Shown piece by piece: positions 1 through 13,578 of a DNA stretch of 46,880 nucleotides; position 1 is the stretch's first letter, and every line of letters starts with the position of its first letter. A program made the position numbers and the translations under genes. The stretch comes from Phoronis australis. Taxonomy: Eukaryota; Animalia; Phoronida. The notes below the pieces were generated by a model. It had not been told where the DNA came from and ran no database searches. It saw nothing but the letters and a program-made list of their open reading frames with translations. Location: NCBI GenBank assembly GCA_002633005.1, contig NMRA01000609.1:1-46880 (forward strand), written 5' to 3'.

Positions 1-648
1 AGTGCAATGGGCCCACATGCGAGGCCTGCGCACGTCTGGTACAACGTGTATCAGACCGCCTGCAATTATTTTTTTTATATTTTTATAATTGCTATGCTCG
101 AGAGCGACCAATTTTGATATCAATATGCTAAGGCGAATTTCGATTCTATTCTTAGGTCCAACTTTTGCCATTAGATGTTATACAAATTGATGGCCTTTTC
201 GACCTTTTGAAGAGTGTTGAGATATTGAACAAATTGACAACTCGGGATCTGTCATTAGTTGGAATTTAACAAATGAATTTTGTTACTTAAATTGGTAAGA
301 GTTGACTTAAAAGATGAATAAATTTGGCAAATACGGATCACATAAAAACAATCATCGATTAACTGAATTCCCAAAAATGTGTATCGTCCCATCCCTAGTA
401 ATTAACTGTTACAATGGGGCATGCATTGTTTAATTCGATATTATTCTTGGTTTTTACTGAGAGTATGTATTGCCTGCCACTTTGAAGATAATTGAATTTT
501 GTCTCTAAGTAGTCCTGATCAAGATCTTGTGCTGCCTTTCTGTCACGTTGTTTCGCGTCTTTCCTCTTAGCTTACCATCAAGTTCAAAGATATCACTGCC
601 ATACCATGGTACAACAATGGCCGCCAGTGGCCGTCCAATAGGATTTCG
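1..648 (-). CDS. Candidate exons (648-576 and 59->window edge) of an unidentified gene
   Basis: Donor ATG|GTAAGC at 575 and acceptor TTGCAG| at 60 join in phase 1 as RNPIGRPLAAIVVPWYGSDIFELDG-GLIHVVPDVRRPRMWAHCT. No family recognised. Confidence 0.3.
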
Positions 649-982
649 CTAGGTGAAACGTCTCCCTCTCTACGGTCTCTGACTATACTGAGTGGAGAGT
701 TCAGATGAATCGTATAAACAATCAACACATGGTTTTAATGTGTGGTCGGCACACCAGTACAGCAGACAATAGATCAATGCTAAGCTCCACCCACGTGACA
801 GCCATACTTGTTTTGGTCGTCTGTCGTGCTTCACAATTTCGAAAAAATGATTAAAATTACGCTGTAAACAAACACGTATGTCACATTTTCTAAACATGAA
901 GTAAGTATCAGCATTATTTCTAGTACTTCAACAAAAATTGGAACATAATGACCACGCATTCTGAACGAAATTTGATCTCAAG

Positions 983-1223
983 CAGAGGCGGATCTACAGG
1001 GGGAGTTCAGGGGGTTTAAACCCCCCCCTCGGGACAGGATCAAAAATAAAAAACTGGAAAAATATCGCCAGAAAAACGAAATTAGCTACTAAAAATCCCA
1101 AAAAATCTTACACGGGAGGAGGGAAACCCTCTCGCGACCTTCCTTCTCGGCGCTACGCGCCTCGGATTTTTTCGAATCCTAAACCTCCCCCCCCCCCTTA
1201 CTGAAATCGTAGATCTGCCACTG
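983..1223. mobile_element. MITE with CAGWGGCRGATCTAC TIRs
   Basis: 15-bp imperfect TIRs and a CTCAAG direct repeat on both sides. A near-identical inverted copy is at 9845-10083. Confidence 0.9.
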
Positions 1224-3689
1224 CTCAAGTGGCAATCGATGGACCGCTTAACTTCAAAGCCGTTTTTCTCGGCTCGTGATTTCAGGATAGTGACAAGATT
1301 CTCGGGCCTATTTTTCCACAACACGTGAGTCAATTTTTACGAAAGTTGCAAATTTGAAATCCTCTAGGACTGAAGTATAATCGCGTGCCAGGGTTTTTTG
1401 ATAAATGGACCAGATTTTTAGTCATTAGAAGGAAAGTGACCAAATGACAAAAAGTGGCGTGCTTGCCCCAACTCGCACACAAAAAATGCCACAAAATCAA
1501 GATCATAATGATTTTGTACATATATTTGGTATGGATAAGTAGAATATTGCGTAAGGAAACAGTTGATGTTGATCCCTGTGCATTTTGAAAAAAAAATCGA
1601 GGTAAAATTGGATTTTTTGAAAATCAAAAAATACGATTTTTTAAAAAGACGAATTACAAAAGAAACGTGTTTTTTTTTCGATTTTTGTCACTTTCAGAGT
1701 CAGGTCTAACTAGTTAAAACCCCCTTTTTACTCATTTTAGTTAGGAACCTGGAGATTTGATCAGTGTATACACCTACCTTAAATCAATAACTACGGGTAT
1801 GTCACTTATAATTATAGAAAACAAGGTTGGTGACAGAGGAACATCCTGCTGGACACTTTGATTAACATCAAACCAATAAGCGTACTATCGGGTCTGCGTT
1901 CCGCATACGTAAGAATTTAGCCACGGCAGCTAGAGTGATCTCGCACTTGTAATGCATTGCGTTATCTTTCGAAGTTTTGCGTAATCTCGCGTTTTCACGA
2001 GATTGTTGCGTGTACGAAAAGCACGCCACGGCTGCCTACCGTGGATCGCAATAAACTTAGCTCGTCTTTTTGTCTTATGAAAACAAAACAGTTTAACACT
2101 ACATGTACTTCACCCACCTACGGTATCGCTCAGTCCGCTGCCGAGCCTTTCACTCGCGGGAGTTTGCGGGATCTTGCTGTTCTCGTAAGAGAGGTGGTCT
2201 ACGGAACGCTTTCTCGCCACGCAACGCACTTCCCAGAACTTCCCATTTTTCGTGGAGACCACGACAAGCGCGACTATAACTTTCAGAAAACGAGTAATTT
2301 TGCTAAGATTATGTAGGAACTTGTCGACTTGTCGGTGTCTTTAGACACCGAAATACCTACAACGTTATGCATTGTAACCCAGTAAAAGAACATATTTTCT
2401 GAAAGTAAAAATCCTTTAGAATCAGATTAATGACTTCGTACCTATCTGGCATTATTTGCATCAGGTGACCATGTCTTTTAGAAAATTTTAGCAAAAAAGG
2501 AAAGATACATCCGTAGAAAAACAACAGTATCATTTACATGGCTAAATTTTGTTCGGTCTAAATGTTCAAGATGAAATTTCAAAAACGTTGTAACAGTTTT
2601 ATGCAAAATTTAATCTTTTTCATAAAAACAACAAAATTGCTTTTTTTGAAAGCTCCTCATGCAAGACTGGAAAGTTTTGAAAATATTTATATTATTCTTA
2701 AGATGGCTTTGAAGAACAGTTTATAAAGCAAAGTTTCTGAAAGTTTCCTCTATGAACTCCCCATCAGACATTTCTTGGATATGATATTCCGAAATTTGCC
2801 ATTTTTTTCATTTTTCAAATGTAATATATTCCATTGTTTAATGATGACGTACCAGCTACTATTACAACGCGATTTGAACCCTCAAATATTGTTTGAAAAA
2901 AAATGTGTAGGTCTTGGATTTTTTCCGACTCAGGTAAACATGAAGGCACTTTAGCATTAGATTTTTATTGAATAATGGGTTGGATTTATTTTATAAAACT
3001 ATGGGTTTGGAGTAATCCGTTTGATGCGACAGCGGTTGCACTAATCGTATGCACCCGGGGAGTTCAGAAGGATTAAAATTTATCAGGTCCATAGGCAGGT
3101 GCTTAGTAATTAATGAGCGCTACTTCAATTTCGGCATTATTATCGTTTTTAATTCTGGCATTTTGATTTTATTTAACTAGATCTAAAACGTCAACATGAC
3201 GTCACACTAAACACGTGAATGACGTCACAGTTTTTCGTGCAGTGTTGTAAAGAGCAGTGTAAGCTACATGTAGTGGCAATGTTGAACTTTGCTTTGCCTA
3301 ATTCTTATCCATGAGTAGTTGATGCGTTGTGTTTTATGTCTAGAGACATCTACTGTACTACCCTGCATTATACACACTGTATTATTGTGTAAAAGAATTG
3401 AATTTTTCAAGAAATGTTCCATTTTTAGAATCTTTGTTTTATGTCGGCGACGTAATCGGTTCACGTAACGCTCCACTAACTTCTTCGAACTACTCCCGCA
3501 CGCTTTTGGTCTAAGCTCAGGTAATTATCCCGTGTGTTTAACCAAAAAAAAATTATCAGCTGAATTCGGAATGCTTGGCATGTTTCACAGTAACTATAAA
3601 GGAAAACGGTGTAGCTGAGTCAAATCAATCCCCGGCCGGGAATTTTAAACGAATCTTGGCTTCGTTCCCGTAGACCCCAGCCATTATCT

Positions 3690-4106
3690 TCCATGACGGG
3701 GTTTTCCCGTTCAGTGAATTTACCAGACGTAGAGCCGGGTTGTGAGGGTGTGATAACATCTAGCTTCTTTGTTAACTGCCAAGCACAGTCTTTTGTCTGG
3801 TATGGCAACAGGAAGGCCAATTATCTACTAGGCTTATTACAGACCACGTGTAAGCACAGTAAAACCCAGAGCGAATTGGTACGTTGGGAAAGAATAGATT
3901 TTCGTAACTTCGGTTGTAGTTGGGCGATTTTGGCGAGTCAAAAACTAAACATGGTCACCATTTGACGAGGATTTCAGAAATGCTATTGGTTTATGTTCAA
4001 GTATGTTATAAGTTAACTTTTATTTTTAACAGCACAGCTCTTGATCAGGCTAGATACGATCTTATTGGAGGTTAGAGCAATTATCGAACAAACGGGAGCT
4101 GGCCAT
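3690..4106. repeat. Interspersed repeat; intact counterpart of the fragmented inverted copy at 40471-40752 / 41011-41106 / 43708-43756
   Basis: Collinear reverse-complement similarity, e.g. GATAACATCTAGCTTCTTT, CGTAACTTCGGTTGTAGTTG and AGAGCAATTATCGAACAAA. Confidence 0.85.
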
Positions 4107-5140
4107 CCAAGCATAAATGCCAGAAAAGAATTAATCAGTCGTGTAAGATATTGGCTACAGGGGTCATCTTCACAACTTCTTGGGCTATAGAATCGAACAC
4201 GTTGGGAGCAACGGGAAAACGCCGTAATGCCAATCCTGCCGCGAAAGAATTCCGCTTATAGAATAGAAGCAATGAATGATATCCAGTTGAATTCATGAAT
4301 TCAGTCCAATCACACAACTTTCCAACTCCTTTGACAACACTCTTAACCAACATGTAACAAAAAAATTATTTTAATAATTATTCAATTAATACTGGAACTA
4401 AAGTCAATAATTTGTTACAAATTTGATTTGTGTATACATTTGAGACTTTATACAAAAGTTATTTGGTGTTTCCAACTGTGTACATACGTTCTTGTTATTG
4501 CATTTTTCCTATGATTATGACTGGTGTTCATACCGCCCAGCATTGTTGTCATGGCTTAATTTTGTTGTGTTATTTGTTGCGGATGAGGGTGGGGTGGGGG
4601 CTCAGGCCACAGATCGCGTGTTCTCGTTTTTTTCATATATTTCTTTTAATCCATCGATAGATTTTTCGAACAGAAGGCCCACAACCCCGGTCGCCCCTGC
4701 TCATACAATCGTGATTTGCCCAATTCCCCGATGCAATATGTTGCCTCCCCCCCATGTTATCCTAGTTCCGCCACTGTCATATCTGTGCGCTTTACTATAC
4801 AAAACAACACTGATTCCCCTTTTGATCCCAAAAGTAAAGCTAAATTTGACAGAGAGAAATGACAGTCAGAACACGCCAATGAATTGACCAGTTACAGGGA
4901 AATTGTAGGTCCTACAGCTGAAAATTGCATCTTGGGATTATTACAGGATGAGAGACGTGTAGACTTGTTGAGGTATTTACATGTAATAGCTTTGACCGGT
5001 GCTATAAGACAACAAAATCCTTTGTGATTTTGAAACCGTACTGTATTGTTAATTCTCGCCGTTGTCTCTGTGTCAGACAGTCGATAAAACCAGGGACAGT
5101 TACTTTAAGCGTATTAAAATTGTCACGGTGCTTAAAATGT

Positions 5141-5217
5141 AGTGATCGAGTGATCTCCCATGTAGTAACTTCGCCAAAACAGTGATCGAGTGGTCTTCCA
5201 AGTAATAACTTCGCCAA
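5141..5217. repeat. 40-bp tandem duplication
   Basis: AGTGATCGAGTG..TAACTTCGCCAA occurs twice with period 40. Confidence 0.85.
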
Positions 5218-6619
5218 CGAAGTGTTTAGCTACATGTACATGTACAACGGAGGTGCCCCAGATTCAACTCCGCGCTTTGTCATGGGATTCTCAGATATTC
5301 CCTTTTCTCGCCTATAATGTCAATTTCGAAGTTAATTTCACCCATAACACAAGTGAAGTTACTTCAGTAATACATTGTAGCATACCCACAACCACTCAAA
5401 CGCTAACCCATAGACATATTTGAATGATTTCGCAACAATGCCTTACATTTAGAAAATTGAATTATTTTTGTGGTAAGAGCAGTTTATGAAAACAGATTAA
5501 GATATGATAAAAGCCAAACCGTGTTTGTTTCAGACGAAAATCGATTTTACTTCAACACACTACCCACGAAAAAATTGCTGAAGCATACATATATTATCTT
5601 ATTGTCTACACACGATCACTGTGTTTGTGTACATAAAAACGCCTTTGTGAACGCTTTAGACTTTGCTTGATTCTAATTCTGTTGTATGAATGACTTCGAT
5701 CTGAACGAACTAACTTTCGAAACAATGATTCCGGGAATGTCCGAAACCCTTAGCTGCACGTACACAAGATTGCTTTAGCAGAACTTGTAGGTTGCCCAAA
5801 CGGAGCAGGGTATCATTCAATTGACAATCAGTTTACTCTCGGTCGTCAGGTCAGTCGGCTGTTTTATTGGCCGTTTTTAATCGTTATGCAGTTTCTTGAC
5901 TTTTGCAATTAGGAAAAAATCCACAACTTCCAATTTCTCATGCATTTTCTAAGCTAATCAAAACTTCCCCTTTAACAGTGCCACGACAATTTGCCCATTG
6001 ACGACGCTAAAGATTGGAAACTGCCTAAAACAATTCAATATATGGCATGAGTTTGTTGTTTTGTTCTTGTCCTAGAAGAATAGTAAAACGAATGGGAAAA
6101 GGCTTTTTGAGTGTGTAACTTATTAACAGGCCTGTCGGTTAACGAAATTACACCTGGCCAAATAAACTACATTTACAGTACATGTAAGTACTAGGTAAAA
6201 ATGTACATGTTTAGTTTCAAATATCCTCCCTCGGATTTACTATTGCGAATCCCGGTACCAACAACTTGGGAAGTACCTTCGAAATAACATTAACGCTTGA
6301 ACTGTTTTAATAACAACAAAGTGCTCGATGTTGCAATTTTAACAACGACATTGTATTGTATACGTTGTTATGTTTACCATAATAAAAACATATATCAGAG
6401 CTGGTAATACCCGGACAAACAGGAAAAGTTCAATACACAAACGTTTCGCATCCAGTTTCGAATAAAAAGGTAACAATGTTGCTCTTAATTGTCAGGGCGT
6501 TTGGCTTATAAAACTTCCATTGTTAAAGCACTCGCACAATACAATTGCGTTCGGGAAGAATTCAATGAACAGTGTCTATCGCACAGCTGTTTGAACAGCA
6601 GGCCAGAGTTTGACCGTTC

Positions 6620-6846
6620 TGCTTTGGCACACTATGGGTGTTGCAGAAGTCGACTTCGTCTTGTTCTGCTCGGTTAAAACGCCGTTGCGCGAGGTGGAGT
6701 GACGGTGGTGTGAATATGCCGAGAGGCCTTGTAAGCAGAGCACTTCACTGATGACGTTTCCTTGTTGCAAATAATCTTAGAAAGTGTCTCAAAACACGTT
6801 TGTTTCAGTTTCAGGGATACAGACTAAAGCAATAGAAACAATTCTC
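6620..6846 (+). pseudogene. Possible highly degraded THAP-like relic
   Basis: Across frames: AHYGC...RWCEY...L*AEHFTDD...KAIETIL, in the expected THAP motif order. Weak. Confidence 0.3.
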
Positions 6847-9132
6847 AATTACGAGAACTTGTCTATCCTGTGTAGAAAATATGGATTAATCTTCAAACAG
6901 TTGCACTGATAGAACCTGAGTCTAACAATTATCGATGAATGTTCGATTACTCACAGTGCTTTGTTTCGCCTTATCCTGACCGCTGACAATTCTCACGAAT
7001 CAACAAAGCTGTATTTAATTACCAGTTTGCCTCTTTGAACCGGAATTATTCGCGGACGAAAAGTGCGACGAATCTTAAGTGTTTGGATTCCAATTCGAAT
7101 GTGATATATCTGGCCAACTTATTTGAGTATACATGTGTTACCAGGGGACACTATGATTTCCTAGTTGGCTCAGTGATGCAGCTAAACTTGAAGTAGCCTG
7201 ATCAGCCTATCGGTTAAAATACTGTACAGTGTACATTGTAACTCGAAGCCCTCAGCTATAGCGCGTCTGGAGGCCCAGGTAATGATCTGAGCTCACCGGT
7301 ATCCAATTTTCCTTCCTCTCAGTCAAATCCATTTCTCACCCTCACAGTGGCCCTAACTCCCCTCTTCACAATATTCTACCAACCCAGGGGGTCTCAAATC
7401 TGTCAAAAATGACTTTCTCAATAATGAATTTGATTTGAAAATAACATAAACAACTGCCAACACATTTCCGTAATTTTGTTATTTGTTTTGACGGAGATAC
7501 ACGTATAAATTTAAATCTTGTTTTGGTATCTGCGTCAACAAGTTTTAACGGTTACTTATTATCGCTTTTTAGGAGCTTGTATTTCCGTTACCTTACTTTA
7601 AAGACGTGTATATTAAAAAAAACACTGGGCTACTTGTAAATTATGAGGTCAAAAAAGCATATTTAATTTGGTTTTACTGCTGTGAATTTTTTGAGAAATG
7701 ATTACTGAGTATAGTATTTTAGTTATTTGATCAAGTACCGAAATCCAGTTGATGTCAGCTTACATGTACATAATTCTACAGTAGCTGCGAGGGGAAAGGT
7801 TTGTTATCAAAGTAAAATATGTTCCCGTCATTTTGCTGAGGTAGTCTCGAGGTGGGCGAGGGGGTTGACGCTATAGCCTGTACAGCTGCCTACCTACGGG
7901 GGCGCTGATACTCTCTCACTCCTTCCACTAAAGGAGATTGGACCCTCCTACTCTAGTGCTTCTTTGGGGGTGGGCTAACGCACCTTATCTTAGCTGTTTT
8001 GGTCGTCGCTGTGAGTACACGCGTGTGAGGACGAAATAATTTGACATCAAAAATGACAACTTTAATGGTGCATACATGTTAATAATTTTATCTCGCAGAA
8101 ATTATATTTTAACGTAATTTCATGATTGAACTAGTATCAAAAAGAATCCCATATACTGACATGTTTTCATTAGCTACTGTACGAGTCGAACGGAGGACAC
8201 GCTTTCGGGACATTACAGATTGGGAAATGGACTAAACGTGTATTGGCGAGTACTTTAAGTTAGATTTATCTCTTGGTTACACTTATAAATCGATGAATAT
8301 AACTGCTTGTCAACAGAAATAAGTGCCACTCGTGGAAATACAAATAATTATGCTAATAAACTTACCTGAACTAGCGAATCTAGTGTGGCATGTGAGCGCT
8401 ATGCAGGGAGAGTAAAACGTTAAGTGATAGATTATATTGATCACTGTTTTGTATATGTATCGAGTACGCACCATTGATTTTTGTTATTGAATTATGAATT
8501 ATTCAACACATGACACATATTTCTTCCAAATAATGGTCAAATGTGTAATATAACAACTACTAATGGCTGCACCCATGTATTTCCCCTTCCTTGAAACATA
8601 GAGGAACTATTTATCAGTCGCTGCCTTCTGATACATGTACGGTTAACAATATTACATTATGGGAAAAATGGGTAAACAATATGATCCGAAACTACAATCT
8701 CTACATACATGTATGCCTTTATATTTCGATACTGTAACAGTTTTACTCTTGTAACGCGTGATGTGACACTTTCATTTTATTCAGCCGGCCAATCACACAG
8801 CCATGCTAGAAGCAGCTAACCAAGCTTAAGGTACTGACCGTCCTGTGAAACTTTAGAGGTTGCGAAGCTGAAATATGCACCGTTGCCATAGTAAACAAAG
8901 CATCCTGCCAGCCAAAATCAGCGATTTCATGTTTGAAGAAAAAGTCAGCTTAGAAGCATGCAACCATGCCCAGAATACATGGAGTGGCTATTTGATGAAA
9001 TTTAGAAGGTGTTGCTATGATAAATTAGATATCGTTACCATGGTAACCAAAATTTTGACCGTTTAGACCAGAAATTTTAGGTTTGATGGCAGTCATGTTA
9101 GAAAAAAGGACCAATGTTCAAAGTTTTTTAGC

Positions 9133-9243
9133 CAGTGGCGGATCTAAGGGGGGCAAGGGTGCCATGGTCTCTCTAACACTCCCCCATATTCCATTTGGCT
9201 AATACTCTGCCCTGCCCACTAACTCAAAATCCTCAGCCAACTG
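9133..9243. mobile_element. Short MITE related to 39234-39395
   Basis: CAGTGGCGGATCTA end and a shared GGCTAATACTCTGCCCT core in inverted orientation. Confidence 0.65.
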
Positions 9244-9779
9244 TTAGTGACCCTCCCTAAAAACGTAGAGGAGTTGCTAAGCTTCTCAAATACGAGTCGC
9301 TGCCATGGCAGCCAGGTATTTTTGAATTACAACAATAAATTAAGTTGCCCACGCGTGCCGAAGCAAGTATTTGAATTACCTGTTCGCTTTATAAAAGACC
9401 CGTTACAACGAGCAGAACAAATTTTGATAATCCACAAAATGCTTTCCAGGGCAAATCATGCATGAAAACAGGAATGAAAACAACCTTTTAACAATATAAA
9501 TGCTGCTTACAGGTACATGTAAATGTGTCGAGGTTCCTTAGACATAAGTGAAATTTACACAACCGGTCGGCGAATGTCTTTAACACATCGAATAATCTAC
9601 ATGTATACAACGCGTTGTGGATACCCCTGTTGGACGTTCAACAGCGTAACTATAGACGCACTATATCAATTGGTTACCGAAGGAAGGAGAAGGGGTCGAG
9701 TGTGTATCCCTTATGTTCATTGAAATTCGTAAGTGTTACAATGCGTACGTATTTTCCGGGAATATAATAGCCTATTGGT

Positions 9780-10181
9780 CAGTGCTGTAGTGGGGCATAG
9801 GCACACGTACTGTAGGCGCAGCCAACCCATTTGAACGTAGCGCCCAGTGGCAGATCTACGATAAGTTCAGTAAGGGGGGGTTTAGGATTCGAAAGAATCC
9901 GAGGCGCGTAGCGCCGAGGAGAAGGAAGGTCGCGAGAGGGTTTCCCTCCTCCCGTGTAAGATTTTTTGGGATTTTTAGTAGCTAATTTCGTTTTTCTGGC
10001 GATTTTTTCCAGTTTTTATTTTTGATCCTGTCCCGAGGGGGGGGGGTTTAAACCCCCTGAACCCCCCTGTAGATCGGCCTCTGGCGCCTACGCACCATAA
10101 GTTACGTTCAGTGCTCAATGTGATACGGTGGATTTGGGGCGCCTACCTGTACCTACCTCTAATTTTACCACTACAGCACTG
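9780..10181. mobile_element. hAT-type MITE (host of the nested element)
   Basis: Perfect 14-bp TIR CAGTGCTGTAGTGG/CCACTACAGCACTG and perfect 8-bp TSD CTATTGGT (9772-79, 10182-89). Confidence 0.9.
9845..10083. mobile_element. Second copy of the same MITE, nested in another MITE
   Basis: Reverse-complement match to 983-1223, with a GCGCC direct repeat at both flanks. Confidence 0.9.
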
Positions 10182-10261
10182 CTATTGGTAGAGGCTTCAA
10201 GTAAGTGCAAGCACTGGGTCAGTCGTTGGTCCATGCTAAGGAAATGATGACCCTCCGGACC

Positions 10262-10492
10262 ATACACTGTACCAAAGTTGTCTATAGTAGGCCTATTCCA
10301 TGTGGCAACTGCATTGGTGAAGCTGTACGCCGGTACGGTACTCGTCTACATGAACACAGACAAGAACTGGGCGCGTGGGTAACAGCTCAATTCGTATTTT
10401 TGCAGCAAGTGTTAATCCGGAATTACGTCAACAAATCGGCTGTCACTGACCACTATGCTATCCACAACCATATCCCAAAATCCTTGCCGTGA
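10262..10492 (+). mobile_element. Penelope-like retroelement GIY-YIG endonuclease fragment
   Basis: VVYSRPIPCGNCIGEAVRRYGTRLHEH...KSAVTDH...NH matches the PLE pattern VVYxIPCxxCxxxYIGETxRxLxxRxxEH...SAxxxH. Confidence 0.75.
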
Positions 10493-11820
10493 CCTGTCTA
10501 AAATCGTCGTTGCAGTCGTGGTTCGCTGTAACCGAGTGAACTTTTTATTGAAAATAAAACCGTCGAATGTCAATACGTGGCCACAAGAGTCAGTGGTCCG
10601 GCCAGTATTTTTATGTCTGACCTCTGTTGTTTCCATTCTTTGCAGTTTTGTAAGCTTCATGGATTTTGTTTCCACATTTGATTAACAATTTTGGGTGTTT
10701 GTTTTTGAAAGTTTTTATCATTGCAATTTGATTAGTTGTTCAGTTTTGCAGGTTCCCTTCACGTTCCTTTCTTCCTGGAGTTTGTTGGTGATTCTATAAA
10801 GTGTTGGCACAGAAGCTTTGCTACCTCTTTAAGTTCTATTTTTTAGGAAAAGACAATACTTTGATGCTCATAAGGAAACAAATGACCAACATTGACCCAG
10901 TATGTGTACCACATCCACTACATTCACCATGTTTCAAAATAAACGTCTTTTTGCTGACTGCAAAATGCTGTTTAACTGGATTCAGCTTGCCACGCCTTCA
11001 CTACTAGTTGTGATTGTTGATAAGAGTACATGTATATACAAAAAAGGGCACCTACTAATGTGACGCAGTACACAATTTCCGGCATGTAGAAATGCCCGCC
11101 CCACACATTATGAACAAGAAGATATGCACAGCCTGTTTCCAAAATCTTATTCCAATTTCCAGGGAGACTACATAGCCGTTTAAACTTTAGCGAGACTGCT
11201 TCCACTACTTGGTGTGGCTGTATGATTGACACCGCATGAAGTAATTGGAGTGCTGAAAAGGCTTAGAAGGCATTTGTTCGCTAGAATAATGTGAGAATTG
11301 TACTTATGGTTGTTTAGTCTTTGTTTTGTTTTAATATAACATGATACGTGTTTCGGTTTGCTGTATTATACTTTTCACATGAACTATCTTGAGCTTTGTG
11401 CAAAAGAGAAATTAAAGAGATAAAGAAAATATTTTGAACTACTGTTTTATTATTGCTTAATTAGTATAGTTCAGTAGCAAACCTTCGTTAACACAAACTT
11501 CGTTGAAAGCACCACTGGACTTTTTATTTGACAGCTTAAAACGGACTCGCACGTAGTGTCGAAACAATCTACTTTCTTCGGGCGAGCAGCTATGTAGCAA
11601 ATCTCGAGAGACATAACAGACAAACAAAGTACATGTATATGTAGAATAATAGCTATACTTCGAGAGCGCATGTTTCACCATCAGGCAATGAGTGAAATGA
11701 ACATATACCAAGCGAAATAAACAGTGAACTACGCGGTGAGGGGCATATAAGCAGACAGTGTGAATGTATCACACGGTAGGAAGCCCACAAGCCTAACGAA
11801 ACAGAGCCAGCATGCGATTA

Positions 11821-12055
11821 CATATGCGCACCCAGTAGGAGCTCGGGGGGCTCGAACGAGACCCCCCCCCCCATTTGGCAAAATGGGAAAAAAGGTCCGC
11901 CTTCGCGAAACAAAAAGCCCGAGAAAACGAATTAAAAGTGCACTGAAAAGGCACGAACCCGTTTTATTTTATTTTTAGTACCCTGTTTTGTTAGTAAACG
12001 ATCCACACGGTAAAAAATTCGAGAACCTCTATGTTTTAGACTGGGTGCGCACATA
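11821..12055. mobile_element. MITE with CATRYGCGCACCCAG-like TIRs
   Basis: Terminal inverted repeats, with an inverted homologue at 25157-25420. Confidence 0.8.
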
Positions 12056-13270
12056 GCGATACATACTATGAGCTACTCATTCAACACAGGTTTTTAGTGA
12101 CTGATCAATAGGAATGACGATTGTTCTCGTTATTTCAAAAAATTTCACGGCCTTATCATACAATATCTAGCTACATTAAACACCAGGCTGGTTGTTGACA
12201 GACACATCAGACCCATACTCCAAAACCACAAATGAATGGATAGCACTACTTTTGAGCAGTTTCGTCAGTCTAATAAACAATGTGAGTTATATAAACCAAT
12301 ACGACAGCATAAAACCAAGCCAAAATTACAATATTGTGACGCTTCACAAGTTTGATGAAAAGGCAGAAGATTCTGACCTATATAGACGACTAAAAGTCGC
12401 AGAACTTATTTTTACGCTTGAATAATCTGATTTGTTCACGTTTCATACACAGTGGAGTAATCTTCTTTTTCTTCAACAACAAGATTTTCAAATATCGCCT
12501 GTACATTATTTAAGTTTTTTTGTCATGTTCATGACCAGTTGATAAAGTGCTTAGTAGTTAGTATTTTTGGAATTTTGACTTTTTTCTCTTTAGTTCGCTT
12601 TAATTTTATTGGTGAATTGATTTTTTCCATAACCAAATTGTTTTCATTTATAGAAAGCTGTTTAGAAACATCATCTTGAGTTGAAAACTACACCTCCAGT
12701 CATGAAAAGACTATAGTGAGCCAACGAAATAATATGCACGTAATTATTTATGTGAATTAGCCACGAAACTGAAAATTTACTTACTTGTCGGGGGCCGCGA
12801 AGTCGGGTTCCCCTTCCACAGACAGTCAGGGTAAATGTTGTTGCCTACAGTAGGCCCAACTTGAATAATGTATTTGTATTTCAAAATAAAGATTCACCTA
12901 ACATGCGACCATAGCATATAAAATCGAGTAATTGTTTCACAGCAGCTTTCTGTCAGCAAACACTGAATTAGCATGCGGTCACACGGCCTCGGTTCTCGGT
13001 CAATTAGCCGGCATCAAAAGCTTGTAACGCAGTGGCCATTGCTTGCTTCTCAACATTTGCACTCACGAATACTGCAAAGGCATTACAAATTGCATCTAAT
13101 GAAACAGACTTTGTTTCAGTTTTATTTAAGCATTGGTTAGGGTGAGAATAATTCTTTTTTAAACAGAATGCAGAATAATAAACGTCTACATGGCAACTCG
13201 CTCGGCGCCAATCCCGAAGAGCTCATCCGTCGAAGACTTCACGGTCGGGATCGTTAGGCTTCACAGGCTA

Positions 13271-13578
13271 TCAGTTCGAACCGGAATACACTGATCTAGA
13301 AATACTAGAGAGGCGCTGTGAACATGTACAGGCAACGGAACGTATGGATAGTTCTTTGGTAAACCGGAATTCGTCAGAGAAATCATTGTCGACGAAAAGC
13401 CGGCCACAGACACGGAGAAGTTTCACGACCTCATACTTGCTCTTAACAGCGTACCTTTCATTCTTCACTACGGCGAGCCACTTCCTAAGCATTTCGGGCT
13501 CTCGAGTCGAAAAAACGATTTAACCTCTTTCTTCACAGGTTCATAGTTCGTACAAGCGGGAATGATGCACCGCAACAT
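13271..13578 (-). pseudogene. Degraded THAP-domain coding relic (transposon-derived)
   Basis: MLRCIIPACTN...SFF (frameshift) ...MLRKWL...LRVCGRLF fits CxxxxC..F..W..VCxxHF, with the His lost. Confidence 0.65.

Noticed and set aside
1-59. In-frame TGA (AV*YTLYQTC) as possible selenocysteine in an alternative phase-0 splice
   Set aside because: No selenoprotein motif recognised and no SECIS visible in the window; another frame is open without a stop.
5141-5217. CRISPR-like repeat (also considered for 27890-28190 and 41107-41295)
   Set aside because: No unique spacers of constant length, no cas genes, and a eukaryotic context.
4897-5970. Possible Kolobok-like element ending CCCCT|TTAA at ~5970
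   Set aside because: The left end (TTAC|AGGGAAA) is too degenerate to pair confidently.
11457-11711. Possible additional THAP-like relic
   Set aside because: The Cys/His and Trp signature residues could not be placed.
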